A stretch of DNA of 64,000 bases, taken from the NCBI GenBank assembly GCA_039810825.1, contig JBDHXR010000001.1:10486-74485 (forward strand), read 5' to 3'. The position numbers and the translations under genes were made by a program. Positions 50,024 through 60,166 of the stretch are shown here, piece after piece (position 1 is the first letter of the stretch; each line of letters starts with the position of its first letter). A model generated the notes under the pieces. The model saw nothing but the letters and a program-made list of their open reading frames with translations. It searched no databases and was not told the DNA's origin. The stretch is from Fluviicola sp. (GTDB lineage Bacteria > Bacteroidota > Bacteroidia > Flavobacteriales_D > Crocinitomicaceae).

Positions 50024-51364
50024 ATGAAGAGAATATTACTTTTGGGTGCGGGTCTTTCAGCAACTTCGTTGATAGATTATTTATTAGAGCATGCTAACCA
50101 ATACAATTGGCAAGTAAGAGTGGTTGACCAATCATTAGATTTAGTTCAAAAAAAAATAAACAAGCACCCGAGTGGAGTTGCGCTTTCTTTTAATGCTTTG
50201 GATAGAAATGAGCGTTTAGAAGAAATAAAGCAAGCTGATATTGTTATATCCATGTTGCCAGCCCGTTTTCATATTGAAATTGCCAAAGATTGTTTGGAGT
50301 TTAGAAAACACTTGGTTACCCCTTCATACGTTTCTAAAGAAATGCATGAAATGCAAGATGAGGTGATGAATGCCGGATTAATTTTCTTGAATGAAGTTGG
50401 AGTTGACCCTGGCATTGACCACATGAGTGCGATGCATATCATTGACCGTATTCATAATAATGGGGGCAAAGTAACTTCGTTTAAATCATATTGCGGCGGA
50501 TTGGTCGCTCCAGAAAGTGATAATAACCCTTGGAATTATAAATTTACGTGGAATCCTAGAAACGTTGTGCTAGCCGGTCAAGGCGGTATGGCACAATATA
50601 TTGATAGAGGACAGTATAAATACATTTCACCCAATCGTGTTTTTACTCAGTTAGACCATATTTCTATCCCTGGATATGGAGATTTTGAAGGCTATGCAAA
50701 CCGAGATTCGCTATCATACAGACCAATTTACGGACTTGAAGAAATACCAACCATGTATCGAGGAACGTTGAGAAGACCGGGTTTTTCTCAGGCCTGGAAC
50801 GTATTTGTGCAATTGGGAATGGCAGACGATGTAGGTATTTTGGAAAACTCACAAGAATTAACGCCCAGAACTTTTGTAAACGCATTTTTGCCTTTCAATG
50901 AATCATTATCGGTCGAAGAGAAATGGACACAAATCTGCAATGAATTTGGGGTTGATTCAATTGAGAAGTACAAATGGTTAGGATTATTTTCAGACGATGA
51001 AAAAATAGGTATTTCAAATGCTACACCAGCCATGATTTTAGAGCGTATTCTAATAAAGAAATTGGTGATAGAACCGGGAGATAAAGACATGCTGGTGATG
51101 GTGCATCAATTTGAATTTGAAACTGAAGAAAAGCGTCAAATGCGTTTAGAATCTTCGATGGTGAATATTGGAGATGGCCAAGCACACACTGCAATGTCAA
51201 AAACTGTAGGTCTGCCAATGGCAATTTGTGTAAAATTGATATTAAATGGATCAATTTCAAGACGAGGCGTGGTTGTTCCTGTATATAAAGATATTTATGA
51301 GCCTGTTCTGAATGAATTGGAAGGTCTCGGAATTTCTTTCAACGAAATAGAATTTGCACATTAA
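50024..51364 (+). CDS. Saccharopine dehydrogenase family protein
   Basis: LGAGLS Rossmann motif, EVGVDPGIDHM, SYCGGL, YKFTWNP, TAMSKTVG. Confidence 0.9.
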   Translation: MKRILLLGAGLSATSLIDYLLEHANQYNWQVRVVDQSLDLVQKKINKHPSGVALSFNALDRNERLEEIKQADIVISMLPARFHIEIAKDCLEFRKHLVTPSYVSKEMHEMQDEVMNAGLIFLNEVGVDPGIDHMSAMHIIDRIHNNGGKVTSFKSYCGGLVAPESDNNPWNYKFTWNPRNVVLAGQGGMAQYIDRGQYKYISPNRVFTQLDHISIPGYGDFEGYANRDSLSYRPIYGLEEIPTMYRGTLRRPGFSQAWNVFVQLGMADDVGILENSQELTPRTFVNAFLPFNESLSVEEKWTQICNEFGVDSIEKYKWLGLFSDDEKIGISNATPAMILERILIKKLVIEPGDKDMLVMVHQFEFETEEKRQMRLESSMVNIGDGQAHTAMSKTVGLPMAICVKLILNGSISRRGVVVPVYKDIYEPVLNELEGLGISFNEIEFAH

Positions 51365-51371
51365 GGACATA

Positions 51372-51569
51372 ATGGGTTTAATCAATTCATTTTTAAAAAA
51401 CAATAAAGTTCTTGGTGTTATATTAGGTTTAATTCTATTTAATATTTATAACATAATAACATGTTATATGCCTGATATTATGTCTGTTGTGTTTGATTTA
51501 ATTTTAAATATTTTTTTAGTTTATTTTCTAGTCCCAAAATGGCGTAATAAAAAACAGCATTCAAGCTAA
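51372..51569 (+). CDS. Small AT-rich putative membrane protein (65 aa)
   Basis: Two hydrophobic segments with a basic C-tail; AAGGA upstream; about 22% GC by hand count, so it could be a chance ORF. Confidence 0.35.
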   Translation: MGLINSFLKNNKVLGVILGLILFNIYNIITCYMPDIMSVVFDLILNIFLVYFLVPKWRNKKQHSS

Positions 51570-51636
51570 TATTATGTTTTTTAAATACTCATAATATCAA
51601 ATAAGTGCTAGCCACAAATAATCCGCACACTTCTAC

Positions 51637-52248
51637 CTATATCCCCAATTCATTTCTAGAATAAAGCCTATAACCGAGTACCCCAGTTATAGTACCAAAC
51701 AGCAATACAGCATCAGGGATTTTTACAAAAAACGAGAGCATAAGCACTGAACTAAAAATAGGAACTGTTATCATTGCTTGTTGCTTTGTCTTTGACGTGA
51801 ATGCGAATGCAGGAATTTTTTTATACAACTCTATTCGTAAAAACTTTTGTTTATACTCCATAATGCCCGAAAAAATTAGGAGCGGAGGTAAAATCAGACC
51901 TTGAGGAATACCCATATCGCTATAACTAAGAAATGACCAAATGCGTTCCAGCCAAGAAAATTGATCATGAATATTAAACATGAGCAAGTAAACAAGTGCT
52001 ATGCTGATTAAAATTCCTGCTATACCAAAGTAGAGTTGGAAATATGTTTTATTCGTGTCTTCCTTTTTTAAAACTTGAATTGAAATACACTTCTTTACTT
52101 TCACTGCACTTAGTGTCCAGTGTAAAACCCAATCTATTAAGTAGAAAAGAAAGATAAAACTTGCATCCCAATTCCAATAAAAATAACCCAATATCGGGAT
52201 AAGTCCTTCAATTAGTATTTGGGCAATTAGAATTTTTTTTGCGGTCAA
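51637..52248 (-). CDS. Membrane protein, DUF6498-like
   Basis: LIPILGYFYWNWD..IFLFY N-terminus; several TM helices. Confidence 0.55.
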   Translation of the reverse strand: MTAKKILIAQILIEGLIPILGYFYWNWDASFIFLFYLIDWVLHWTLSAVKVKKCISIQVLKKEDTNKTYFQLYFGIAGILISIALVYLLMFNIHDQFSWLERIWSFLSYSDMGIPQGLILPPLLIFSGIMEYKQKFLRIELYKKIPAFAFTSKTKQQAMITVPIFSSVLMLSFFVKIPDAVLLFGTITGVLGYRLYSRNELGI

Positions 52249-52249
52249 A

Positions 52250-53245
52250 CTATTTAGATAAACGTGTTATTGCTTCGATTGACAATTCAAAGTCAGGATT
52301 GTATTTGATAGCTTTTTGATAGTATTTGATAGCTTGATATTTATCTCCCTTCTTTTCTGAACAATAGCCAAGGTTGTGCCAAGCTTCTACATACCGAGGT
52401 TCTTTTATCAACGTTTCATTAAAGAAATACATGGCACTATCAATATCATTTTCTTGGTTTTGTTTGATGCAGCCCAATTGAAATAAAGAAGTTGCAAAGT
52501 CAGGGTCTTTTTTGAGCATAGCACGGTATGTTTCTTTTGCTTTTTCTACATCATTAAACTCTTGATATGCAAAGGCTAAATTGTATAGCGCATCCATGTT
52601 GTTGGGTCTAATTTGAGTTGCTGTTGTAAAATATTGAATAGCAAGCGGATTGTTTTCTTCTTGATACAACACCCCTAGTTGCAAGTATGCTTCAAAAAAT
52701 TCTGGATCTTGATCAATTGCTGTTTGATACGAAGATTTTGCTAAGTCTCCTTTTCCCAAACTACGATACAAAGTTCCCTTTAATGTATAAGCATCTCTAT
52801 AATGTTTGTCTATTCTCAAAGCTTCATTGGCATGATAAAACGCTTTATCGTAATCTCCTTGTTGTGAATAGGTTGATGCTAATGCCACGAGTGCTTGCAA
52901 GTTTTTGGGTTGTTTTTTAAGAATGTATTTAAAATGTTTTTGCGCCGTAGCTACATCAGAAACTGTTCTTGTAGCTCTATTGTTTAATGCATTTGCATAT
53001 AAGAATCGGGCGTCTAAATTCTTGGGTTGCAAGCGGTATGCTTTTGCTCCATCTTGCAAAGCTTTATCAAAATCGTAGCGTTTAAGCATCAGATTACCGT
53101 GTTGTATTAACACTGGAACGCTGTCTGGAAATTTTTTAAAGAGCTGGTCTACTGTTAACTCTTTTTGAGTTTTATTAGTGGTATTTTGTCCGCACGATGT
53201 AAGCAAAACAGTAACCAAAATAATTAGATAAATACGCATTTTCAA
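52250..53245 (-). CDS. TPR-repeat lipoprotein
   Basis: Lipobox LTSCG; consecutive 34-aa TPR units (e.g. AYLQLGVLY, ALYNLAFAY, AWHNLGYC). Confidence 0.88.
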   Translation of the reverse strand: MKMRIYLIILVTVLLTSCGQNTTNKTQKELTVDQLFKKFPDSVPVLIQHGNLMLKRYDFDKALQDGAKAYRLQPKNLDARFLYANALNNRATRTVSDVATAQKHFKYILKKQPKNLQALVALASTYSQQGDYDKAFYHANEALRIDKHYRDAYTLKGTLYRSLGKGDLAKSSYQTAIDQDPEFFEAYLQLGVLYQEENNPLAIQYFTTATQIRPNNMDALYNLAFAYQEFNDVEKAKETYRAMLKKDPDFATSLFQLGCIKQNQENDIDSAMYFFNETLIKEPRYVEAWHNLGYCSEKKGDKYQAIKYYQKAIKYNPDFELSIEAITRLSK

Positions 53246-53333
53246 TAATTATATGGTGCAAAAATAAGGAAATTAATCACTTTAATAGTGTATAACGGTT
53301 ATTGTGTAAGTTGGGTTGGGAAAGATTAACTGT

Positions 53334-53360
53334 AAAAAAAAACTGCCTTTTTGAGGCAGT
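53334..53360 (-). terminator. Intrinsic terminator of sucAB
   Basis: ACTGCCT / AGGCAGT stem (53342-53360) with an A8 run, which is the U tract on the minus strand. Confidence 0.8.
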
Positions 53361-53381
53361 CTTTAATTGAGTATGATTTAT

Positions 53382-54644
53382 TTATAAGCCTAAAAGAACA
53401 GCTTGAGGGTCTTTGCCTCCAAAGATGATTCTTTCAGGGTTCTCAATCATTTCTTTTACTTTCACTAAGAATCCCACAGATTCTTTTCCATCAATGATTC
53501 TGTGATCGTAAGAAAGTGCCAAATACATCATTGGGCGAATTTCAACTTTTCCATCAATAGCAACCGGTCTTTCAACTATGTTGTGCATTCCTAAAATTGC
53601 TGATTGAGGTGGATTGATGATTGGTGTAGACATCATAGAGCCAAATACACCTCCGTTTGTGATTGTGAATGTTCCGCCTGTCATGTCTTCAGGGGTAATT
53701 TTGCCATCACGTGCTTTGATTGCTAAACGTTTAATTTCTTTTTCAATTTCTGCTAAACTCATTTGCTCTGCATTGCGAACTACCGGAACCATGAGTCCTT
53801 TTGGAGAAGAAACGGCAATACCGATATCTGCATAGTCGTGGAAAACGATTTCATTTCCGTCTATTTGTCCGTTTACGGCAGGAAATAAATTCAATGCTTC
53901 GGTAACGGCCTTTGTAAAGAACGACATGAAACCTAAGTTTACCTCGTGATGCTTTGCAAATTGGTCTTTGTATTTAGAACGCAAGTCCATTATTGGCTTC
54001 ATATCCACTTCGTTAAACGTCGTCAACATGGCAGTGTCGTTTTTCACTGATACCAATCGTTCAGCAATTTTACGACGCAACATGGACATTTTTTCACGGG
54101 TTTGATTTCTTGTACCGCCCCATCCTTGAGCTGCACTTGAAGAAATTCCTGCTGCCATTGCTGCAACAACATCTTGTTTTGTGATTCTTCCTTCTTTCCC
54201 TGTACCAGCAATATTTGCCCCAGCAATACCATTTTCAGACATTATTTTTGCTGCTGCAGGAGAAGGAGTACCTTTTGCATAACTATCGGATACCGGTCCG
54301 GGATTTGGTGTTTCTGCTTTTTTAGGTTCCTCAACTTTTTTCTCTTCTACAATTGGAGCTTCTTTTTTCTCAGCAACCACAGGTGTTGAACCAGCGGGTC
54401 TTGGTGCAGCTGTGTCAATCAAGCAAACAACTTGACCAACTTTAACTACATCGCCTTCGCCTGCTTTTAGTGTAATTATACCTGCTTGTTCTGCGGGCAA
54501 TTCCAATGTTGCTTTATCCGAATCAACTTCAGCAATAGCTTGGTCCTTTTCTACATAATCTCCATCGGAAACCAACCACGTTGCAATTTCAACTTCAGAA
54601 ATTGATTCTCCAGGACTAGGTACTTTCATTTCAAGGATTGACAT
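53382..54644 (-). CDS. sucB: 2-oxoglutarate dehydrogenase E2 (dihydrolipoamide succinyltransferase)
   Basis: Lipoyl domain VDSDKAT, peripheral subunit-binding domain, [20 protein letters not shown]. Confidence 0.96.
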   Translation of the reverse strand: MSILEMKVPSPGESISEVEIATWLVSDGDYVEKDQAIAEVDSDKATLELPAEQAGIITLKAGEGDVVKVGQVVCLIDTAAPRPAGSTPVVAEKKEAPIVEEKKVEEPKKAETPNPGPVSDSYAKGTPSPAAAKIMSENGIAGANIAGTGKEGRITKQDVVAAMAAGISSSAAQGWGGTRNQTREKMSMLRRKIAERLVSVKNDTAMLTTFNEVDMKPIMDLRSKYKDQFAKHHEVNLGFMSFFTKAVTEALNLFPAVNGQIDGNEIVFHDYADIGIAVSSPKGLMVPVVRNAEQMSLAEIEKEIKRLAIKARDGKITPEDMTGGTFTITNGGVFGSMMSTPIINPPQSAILGMHNIVERPVAIDGKVEIRPMMYLALSYDHRIIDGKESVGFLVKVKEMIENPERIIFGGKDPQAVLLGL

Positions 54645-54670
54645 AATCAAACTTTTTTATGTGTTGTATT

Positions 54671-57397
54671 TTATTTTTTTGTTTTAGTAGATGCATATGC
54701 AAATACATCATCGAACAAACGCTTTAAGCGTTTTTCATGTAACTTCTTTGAACCTTCAGCTGCGGCACCGGCTGCAGGTCTGCAAATTCCTTTAAATCCA
54801 AGATGACTTAGATTCATTGCAATAAATGACCAAGCACCCATGTTTGCAGGTTCTTCTTGAACCCAAAGTGTATTTTTAGCTTTGTATTTTGCAAGCACAT
54901 CGGTGATTTGCTTTTCTGGTATTGGGTACAATTGCTCAATACGTACGAATGCCATATTTGTAGCTCCCATTTCTTCAGCTTTTGCTGATAATTCGTAATA
55001 TATTTTACCAGAACAGAAAATTACTGTATCTACATTTCCTGCTTTTGCTTTCGGGTCATCAATAACTTCTTGAAATGAACCTTTTGCTAATTCAGCCATG
55101 GATGAAGTAGCATCAGGATGACGCAAAATTTGTTTCGGAGAAAATACGATAAGTGGCTTTCTAAACGGACGATTTATTTGTCGTCTTAACAAATGAAAAT
55201 GATTTGCCGGAGTAGAAGTGTTTACTATTTGAATGTTGTTATCTGCACATTGTTGCAAGAAACGCTCCATTCTTCCGCTAGAATGTTCTGCACCTTGACC
55301 TTCGTAACCATGTGGCAGCAACATAACTAGTCCACTTTGTGTTGACCACTTGTCTTCACCTGGAATGATAAATTGGTCAACCATGATTTGCGCTCCGTTG
55401 TAGAAATCGCCAAATTGTGCTTCCCAAATGGTTAATGTTTGTGGAGTTGCTAATGAATAACCGTATTCAAATCCTAAGACACCGTATTCAGAAAGCAGTG
55501 AGTTGTATATAGAAATCTTTGCTTGTTTAGCGTTTAATTCATTCAATGTAATCACTCGTTCTTCTGTATCTTCAGTTATTACAACTGCATGGCGGTGAGA
55601 AAAGGTTCCGCGTTCTACATCTTGTCCTGAAAAACGAATTGGATGACCCTCATCTAACAACGTAGCATATGCTAATATTTCTGCTGCACCCCAATCAAGT
55701 CTATTTGTTTTGTATGACTCTAATCGGTCATCAAATATTTTTTGAATTTTTCTAAAATATTTTTTTCCTTCAGGCAAGGTGGCAACTTTTTTACTCAACT
55801 CATCCAGCTTTGCAGATTTTACACCTGTTTCTGGGCTCTTTTCAAAATCTTTTGCTGTACCATGTCTAAATCCTTTCCATGCATCACTTAAGAAATCCCA
55901 AACTATTGCTTTTTCATCTTTTTGTGATACAGCAAATTCTTTTTCTAAGAAATCTAAATAGGCATCTTCCAATTTTTTTGCTTCATCTGTGGAGATAGCA
56001 CCTTCTGCAAGCAATTGTTTCAGGTAAATATCTTTCGGATTTGGATGTTTAGCGATTAAATTATAAAGATTTGGTTGTGTAAATTTTGGTTCATCACCTT
56101 CGTTGTGCCCATATTTTCTGTAGCAAAGCAAGTCAATGTAAACATCTGTATGAAATTTTTGACGGTATTCCATAGCAATATCCATAGCTTGAATCACGGC
56201 TTCTATGTCGTCTCCATTTACATGAAATACTGGAGAAAGTGTGATTTTTGCTACATCTGTACAATAAGTAGAAGAACGAGCATCTAAGTAGTTTGTCGTA
56301 AATCCTACTTGATTGTTTACCACAATGTGCACTGTACCTCCAACTCTGTATCCTTTAAGCATGGACATTTGCACAGTTTCATACACAATTCCTTGTCCTG
56401 CAATTGCTGCGTCACCGTGAATGATAATTGGACAAACTTGATTTTCATTTTGGTACTCTTGATCCAGTTTTGCACGCGCAATACCATGTACAACCGGCGC
56501 AACCGCTTCAAGGTGAGAAGGGTTTGCGGCTAGAGTAAGATGTGCTGTTTTTCCTTCTTTAGTTTTGATGTGGTTGGTGTATCCAAGGTGATATTTAACG
56601 TCGCCATCAAAGCCCTCTAATGCATCAAATTCTTTTCCTTCAAACTCACAGAATATATTTTGTGGTTTTTTCTCGAATATGTTTGCAAGCGTATTTAATC
56701 GACCTCGGTGTGCCATTCCCATCACGAAATATTCTACACCCAATTCAGCACCTTTTTGAACCAACTTGTCTAAAGCAGGAATCAATGCTTCACCACCTTC
56801 AATTGAAAATCGTTTTTGACCAACAAATTTTTTCCCCAAAAATGCCTCAAAGTTTGAAGCTTGTTGCAGCTTGTTGAAAATCTGTTTTTTATCCTCCTTC
56901 GAAAAGGTAATTCTATTTTTTAGTTCGATACGATTGTTCAGCCATTCAATAACCTGAGGTTCACGGGCATACGTGTATTGAAAACCAATAGATTGACAAT
57001 AAGTTTGTTCTAAACAGTTGAGTATTTCTCGTAATGAAGCAGCACCAATCCCAAGCAAATCTCCAGCTTGATACACGGAGTCTAAATCTGCATCACTTAA
57101 ACCAAAATTAGCAATATCCAATGATGGTTCATAGGTTCTACGATCACGTACCGGATTTGTTTTAGTAAACAAATGTCCACGACTTCTATAGCCATGTATT
57201 AATTTTAGAACCTTGTATTCTTTCTGGAAATTTTCCGGAATTTCACCATTATCCTCATAATTGGTGCGTGCAAATTCAAAGCCTTCAAAAAACTTTTGCC
57301 ATCCGATATCTACACTTTGAGGGTCTTTTAAATAAGACTGATACAAATATTCAATTGCGTTTACATCCGCATTTCCGACATAAGTCACTTTATCCAT
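54671..57397 (-). CDS. sucA: 2-oxoglutarate dehydrogenase E1
   Basis: GQKRFSIEG, GMAHRGRLN, HGDAA, RFSGQDVERGTFSHRH, WEAQFGDF, GAEHSS. Confidence 0.96.
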   Translation of the reverse strand: MDKVTYVGNADVNAIEYLYQSYLKDPQSVDIGWQKFFEGFEFARTNYEDNGEIPENFQKEYKVLKLIHGYRSRGHLFTKTNPVRDRRTYEPSLDIANFGLSDADLDSVYQAGDLLGIGAASLREILNCLEQTYCQSIGFQYTYAREPQVIEWLNNRIELKNRITFSKEDKKQIFNKLQQASNFEAFLGKKFVGQKRFSIEGGEALIPALDKLVQKGAELGVEYFVMGMAHRGRLNTLANIFEKKPQNIFCEFEGKEFDALEGFDGDVKYHLGYTNHIKTKEGKTAHLTLAANPSHLEAVAPVVHGIARAKLDQEYQNENQVCPIIIHGDAAIAGQGIVYETVQMSMLKGYRVGGTVHIVVNNQVGFTTNYLDARSSTYCTDVAKITLSPVFHVNGDDIEAVIQAMDIAMEYRQKFHTDVYIDLLCYRKYGHNEGDEPKFTQPNLYNLIAKHPNPKDIYLKQLLAEGAISTDEAKKLEDAYLDFLEKEFAVSQKDEKAIVWDFLSDAWKGFRHGTAKDFEKSPETGVKSAKLDELSKKVATLPEGKKYFRKIQKIFDDRLESYKTNRLDWGAAEILAYATLLDEGHPIRFSGQDVERGTFSHRHAVVITEDTEERVITLNELNAKQAKISIYNSLLSEYGVLGFEYGYSLATPQTLTIWEAQFGDFYNGAQIMVDQFIIPGEDKWSTQSGLVMLLPHGYEGQGAEHSSGRMERFLQQCADNNIQIVNTSTPANHFHLLRRQINRPFRKPLIVFSPKQILRHPDATSSMAELAKGSFQEVIDDPKAKAGNVDTVIFCSGKIYYELSAKAEEMGATNMAFVRIEQLYPIPEKQITDVLAKYKAKNTLWVQEEPANMGAWSFIAMNLSHLGFKGICRPAAGAAAEGSKKLHEKRLKRLFDDVFAYASTKTKK

Positions 57398-57425
57398 GAT
57401 TCAATCACTCTATAATATAGTGTGC

Positions 57426-57433
57426 CAAAGGTA
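57426..57433 (-). promoter_or_regulatory. -7 promoter element of sucAB
   Basis: Minus strand TACCTTTG, 28 bp before the ATG. Confidence 0.6.
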
Positions 57434-57532
57434 TAAACTTTTATACATAGTGCACCCATGAATTTTAATTAATTGTATGTTTTATGATGAATACTGTTAA
57501 GTTGTAAAGTTTCTTAACATTATTGCCCTATT

Positions 57533-57871
57533 TTATTTGTATTGCAACTTAAAATATACCTTACTCAATTCTCTATAAAGTATAGTTTCAGCTAAATTGA
57601 AATAATACCCTTCATCGTTTTGATTGTGAATTCCTTCAGGAAGATCAATAAGGTATAGAAGATGATTGATTTCAGTTGTATCTAATGTGGTTAAATAGTT
57701 TTCAAGCTTTATTAGCCAATCCAAGTGATTGTTAGTGTCTAATAGAATTTCTGGCAGTGCTGCTCGTTGCAAATCTTTGTTAAGTTGTTCAAGAAGCAAC
57801 TCGATCATTTTTCTAGAACTGATTCGCAACTGAATTCTATCAATTAATTGCGGTAAATTGGTTGTTGTCAT
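57533..57871 (-). CDS. Hypothetical protein
   Basis: 112-aa ORF with LLYLIDLPE..LAETILYRELSKVYFK, resembling small conserved Bacteroidota proteins. Confidence 0.65.
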   Translation of the reverse strand: MTTTNLPQLIDRIQLRISSRKMIELLLEQLNKDLQRAALPEILLDTNNHLDWLIKLENYLTTLDTTEINHLLYLIDLPEGIHNQNDEGYYFNLAETILYRELSKVYFKLQYK

Positions 57872-58042
57872 CTTTACTTGGTTTATTGTTTAGTTCTGTT
57901 ATTCTAATTGACTTGTTTTATTAAAATGTTCTCATTCTATAAATATAGACTTTATCGAGTATTCGTGTTCAATTTTTTAGGTGAAATATCTTTGAATAAA
58001 CTTCTGGTTTTTTCAATACGATAAACATGTTAATTTTGTACC

Positions 58043-58669
58043 ATGAACAAGGACATTGATGCAATCATTTTTGATTTAGGAGGCGTATTGATAAATATTG
58101 ATTATCAGTTAACAGAAGATGCTTTTGTAGCTTTGGGGTTGAGTAATTTTTCTGAAGTGTATTCTCAGATGCAGCAATCAGATTTGTTTGACCGTTATGA
58201 AAAAGGGAAAATAAGTTCTTTTCACTTTATCAATCAATTGCTCGATAAATTACCTAAAGGCACAAGTGCAAATCAAGTAGTACATGCATGGAATAAGATG
58301 TTGCTGGATTTTCCTGCTTCTCGACTTGAAAAGCTCAACGATTTAAAAAAGCATTATCGGTTGTTTTTATTGAGCAATACCAATGAAATTCATATTGATG
58401 CATTTCGGCGTATTTTCTCAGCTGCTTTTGGCGATGCTAAAATTGAAGATTTTTTTGAGCAAGTTTATTTTTCTTCAGAAATAGGGATGAGAAAACCAGA
58501 TGCTGAAGTGTTTGAATTTGTTTGCAATAAAAACGGTTTAAACCCAGCTAAAACTATGTTTATTGACGACAGCCCGCAACATGTTGAAGGAGCGAAATCT
58601 ATTGGAATTGAAGCTGTATTATTGGGTAAAAATCAAGAAGTTTTTTCCTTACCCTTTTTCTTGGCATAA
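58043..58669 (+). CDS. HAD-family phosphatase (YihX-like)
   Basis: IIFDLGGVL, LLSNTN, GMRKP, FIDDS..VEGA. Confidence 0.9.
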   Translation: MNKDIDAIIFDLGGVLINIDYQLTEDAFVALGLSNFSEVYSQMQQSDLFDRYEKGKISSFHFINQLLDKLPKGTSANQVVHAWNKMLLDFPASRLEKLNDLKKHYRLFLLSNTNEIHIDAFRRIFSAAFGDAKIEDFFEQVYFSSEIGMRKPDAEVFEFVCNKNGLNPAKTMFIDDSPQHVEGAKSIGIEAVLLGKNQEVFSLPFFLA

Positions 58670-59050
58670 TTCAACCAAAACACCGTTTGCAGATTTTGGG
58701 TGCATGAATGCAATCAATTTATTGTCTGCGCCATCTTTAGGTTGTTCATGCAACATGGTAAATCCTTTGGTTTTATATAAATCAATCTCTTTTTGTATAT
58801 CTGTAACGTCAAAAGCAATATGGTGAATGCCCTGTCCTTTTTTCTCGATAAATTTTGCAATGGGACTATCGGGATTTTTAGCTTCCAACAATTCTATTTT
58901 TGATTCGCCGACTTTGAAAAATGCTGTTCTAACGCCCTCACTTTCTACCGTTTCTGTTTTGTAACACTCCGTTTGCAACAATTCTGTATATGTACGAATA
59001 GCATCATCTAAATTTGAAACAGCTATTCCAATATGTTCAATTTTATTCAT
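58649..59050 (-). CDS. mce: Methylmalonyl-CoA epimerase
   Basis: IEHIGIAV, KIELLE, GIHHIAF, FMHPKSANGVLVELCQ. Confidence 0.93.
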   Translation of the reverse strand: MNKIEHIGIAVSNLDDAIRTYTELLQTECYKTETVESEGVRTAFFKVGESKIELLEAKNPDSPIAKFIEKKGQGIHHIAFDVTDIQKEIDLYKTKGFTMLHEQPKDGADNKLIAFMHPKSANGVLVELCQEKG

Positions 59051-59076
59051 TCGAAAGTTTTTGTCAAATATATAAT

Positions 59077-59106
59077 AAAAAACCCCGATGCAAGATCGAG
59101 GTTTTT
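59077..59106 (-). terminator. Intrinsic terminator
   Basis: AAAAACC-C-CGAT / ATCG-A-GGTTTTT stem (G.U pair on the minus strand) 20 bp after the stop of 59127-59936. Confidence 0.7.
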
Positions 59107-59126
59107 AAATAATATCGAGTATAGAG

Positions 59127-59936
59127 TTATCCTTTAAAGAATTTCTCTGTTTTGTTGTCAAAATTGATGTAATATGCTCCCTTTAATAAGTTAGAGCAAG
59201 GAACAGTTGAACCAATTCCTTTTTTCACGATGTTTCCGTATGCATCGAAAATTTCATAGCGTGTTTCAATTGGTTTTCCTGCTGCAGAGAAAGAGATTAT
59301 GTCTTTCACCTTAACAGGAGTTTTTGAAACTGTTGGTATCGCTGACATAAATTTCACATCTTTTGAACTGTTTTTAGCTCCTGAATGGTCAACTTGAACA
59401 ACACGAATTGTGTTTTCGCCAGAATGTGGAGTTACTAAAAATTCATAAGAATTAGTTCCTGGCGTTCCTTTTCCTTGAACTTCACCTACCTTCACCCATT
59501 TGTTCCAGCGGTATTGTTCAATCATAAAAGGTAGCTTTCCTTGTTCGTTTGTTGTTTTCCAAGTAAGCATTCCGTTGTTAGTGATTTGTATATCTACAGT
59601 ATTAAAAGTACTTTTTGGTAAAAGAACCTCAGGATTCAAAATTTTTGGCTTGCACCCATCGTTGTGTTCAATAACAATAAATACTGCTTCGCCCATTTCT
59701 ATATTAAATAGAGAGAAATCGATTTCAAAGGCAGAAAGTTGTGTTCCACCAGGTAGCACATCACCGTTTACAGTAACCTTTGTTGCGCAAAATCCAAATC
59801 CATCCGCGTCTTCTGGATTTTGAACGTATAGGTTTTTACCTTGATAACTTCCCTCTATAGAAAGAGAAGTTCCATAGCTGGAATAGCTTATGAAAAACAG
59901 CGTATAGCAAAGTAAGATTAGTTTAAAATGTTTCAT
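59127..59936 (-). CDS. Secreted hypothetical protein with Ig-like beta domains
   Basis: Signal peptide; YQGKNLYVQNP, LTWKTT..EQYRWNKWVKVG; no recognisable catalytic motif. Confidence 0.7.
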   Translation of the reverse strand: MKHFKLILLCYTLFFISYSSYGTSLSIEGSYQGKNLYVQNPEDADGFGFCATKVTVNGDVLPGGTQLSAFEIDFSLFNIEMGEAVFIVIEHNDGCKPKILNPEVLLPKSTFNTVDIQITNNGMLTWKTTNEQGKLPFMIEQYRWNKWVKVGEVQGKGTPGTNSYEFLVTPHSGENTIRVVQVDHSGAKNSSKDVKFMSAIPTVSKTPVKVKDIISFSAAGKPIETRYEIFDAYGNIVKKGIGSTVPCSNLLKGAYYINFDNKTEKFFKG

Positions 59937-60166
59937 ATCTTTTAGAAAACTACACTAAAAAGTATTGCAATAATAATAGCAAATTTTTAATTACGCAATC
60001 TTTTTTAAATTTTTTTTTATTTTTTTTCATTTTCGTATTCTTTTTTTTGTGTTTTATCCGTTCATTTTTACGATTTGTCGACAATGTTGAAAAAACTTAT
60101 TTTATAAAAACATGCACTCATTGTTTATTTTTATTTATTTTAGTATTGAAATTTCAATTGTAAACA

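Noticed and set aside
57422-57433. TTTGGCAC upstream of sucA as a second sigma54 promoter
   Set aside because: It overlaps a perfect TACCTTTG housekeeping element, the -12 match is poor, and no paired dyads are nearby.
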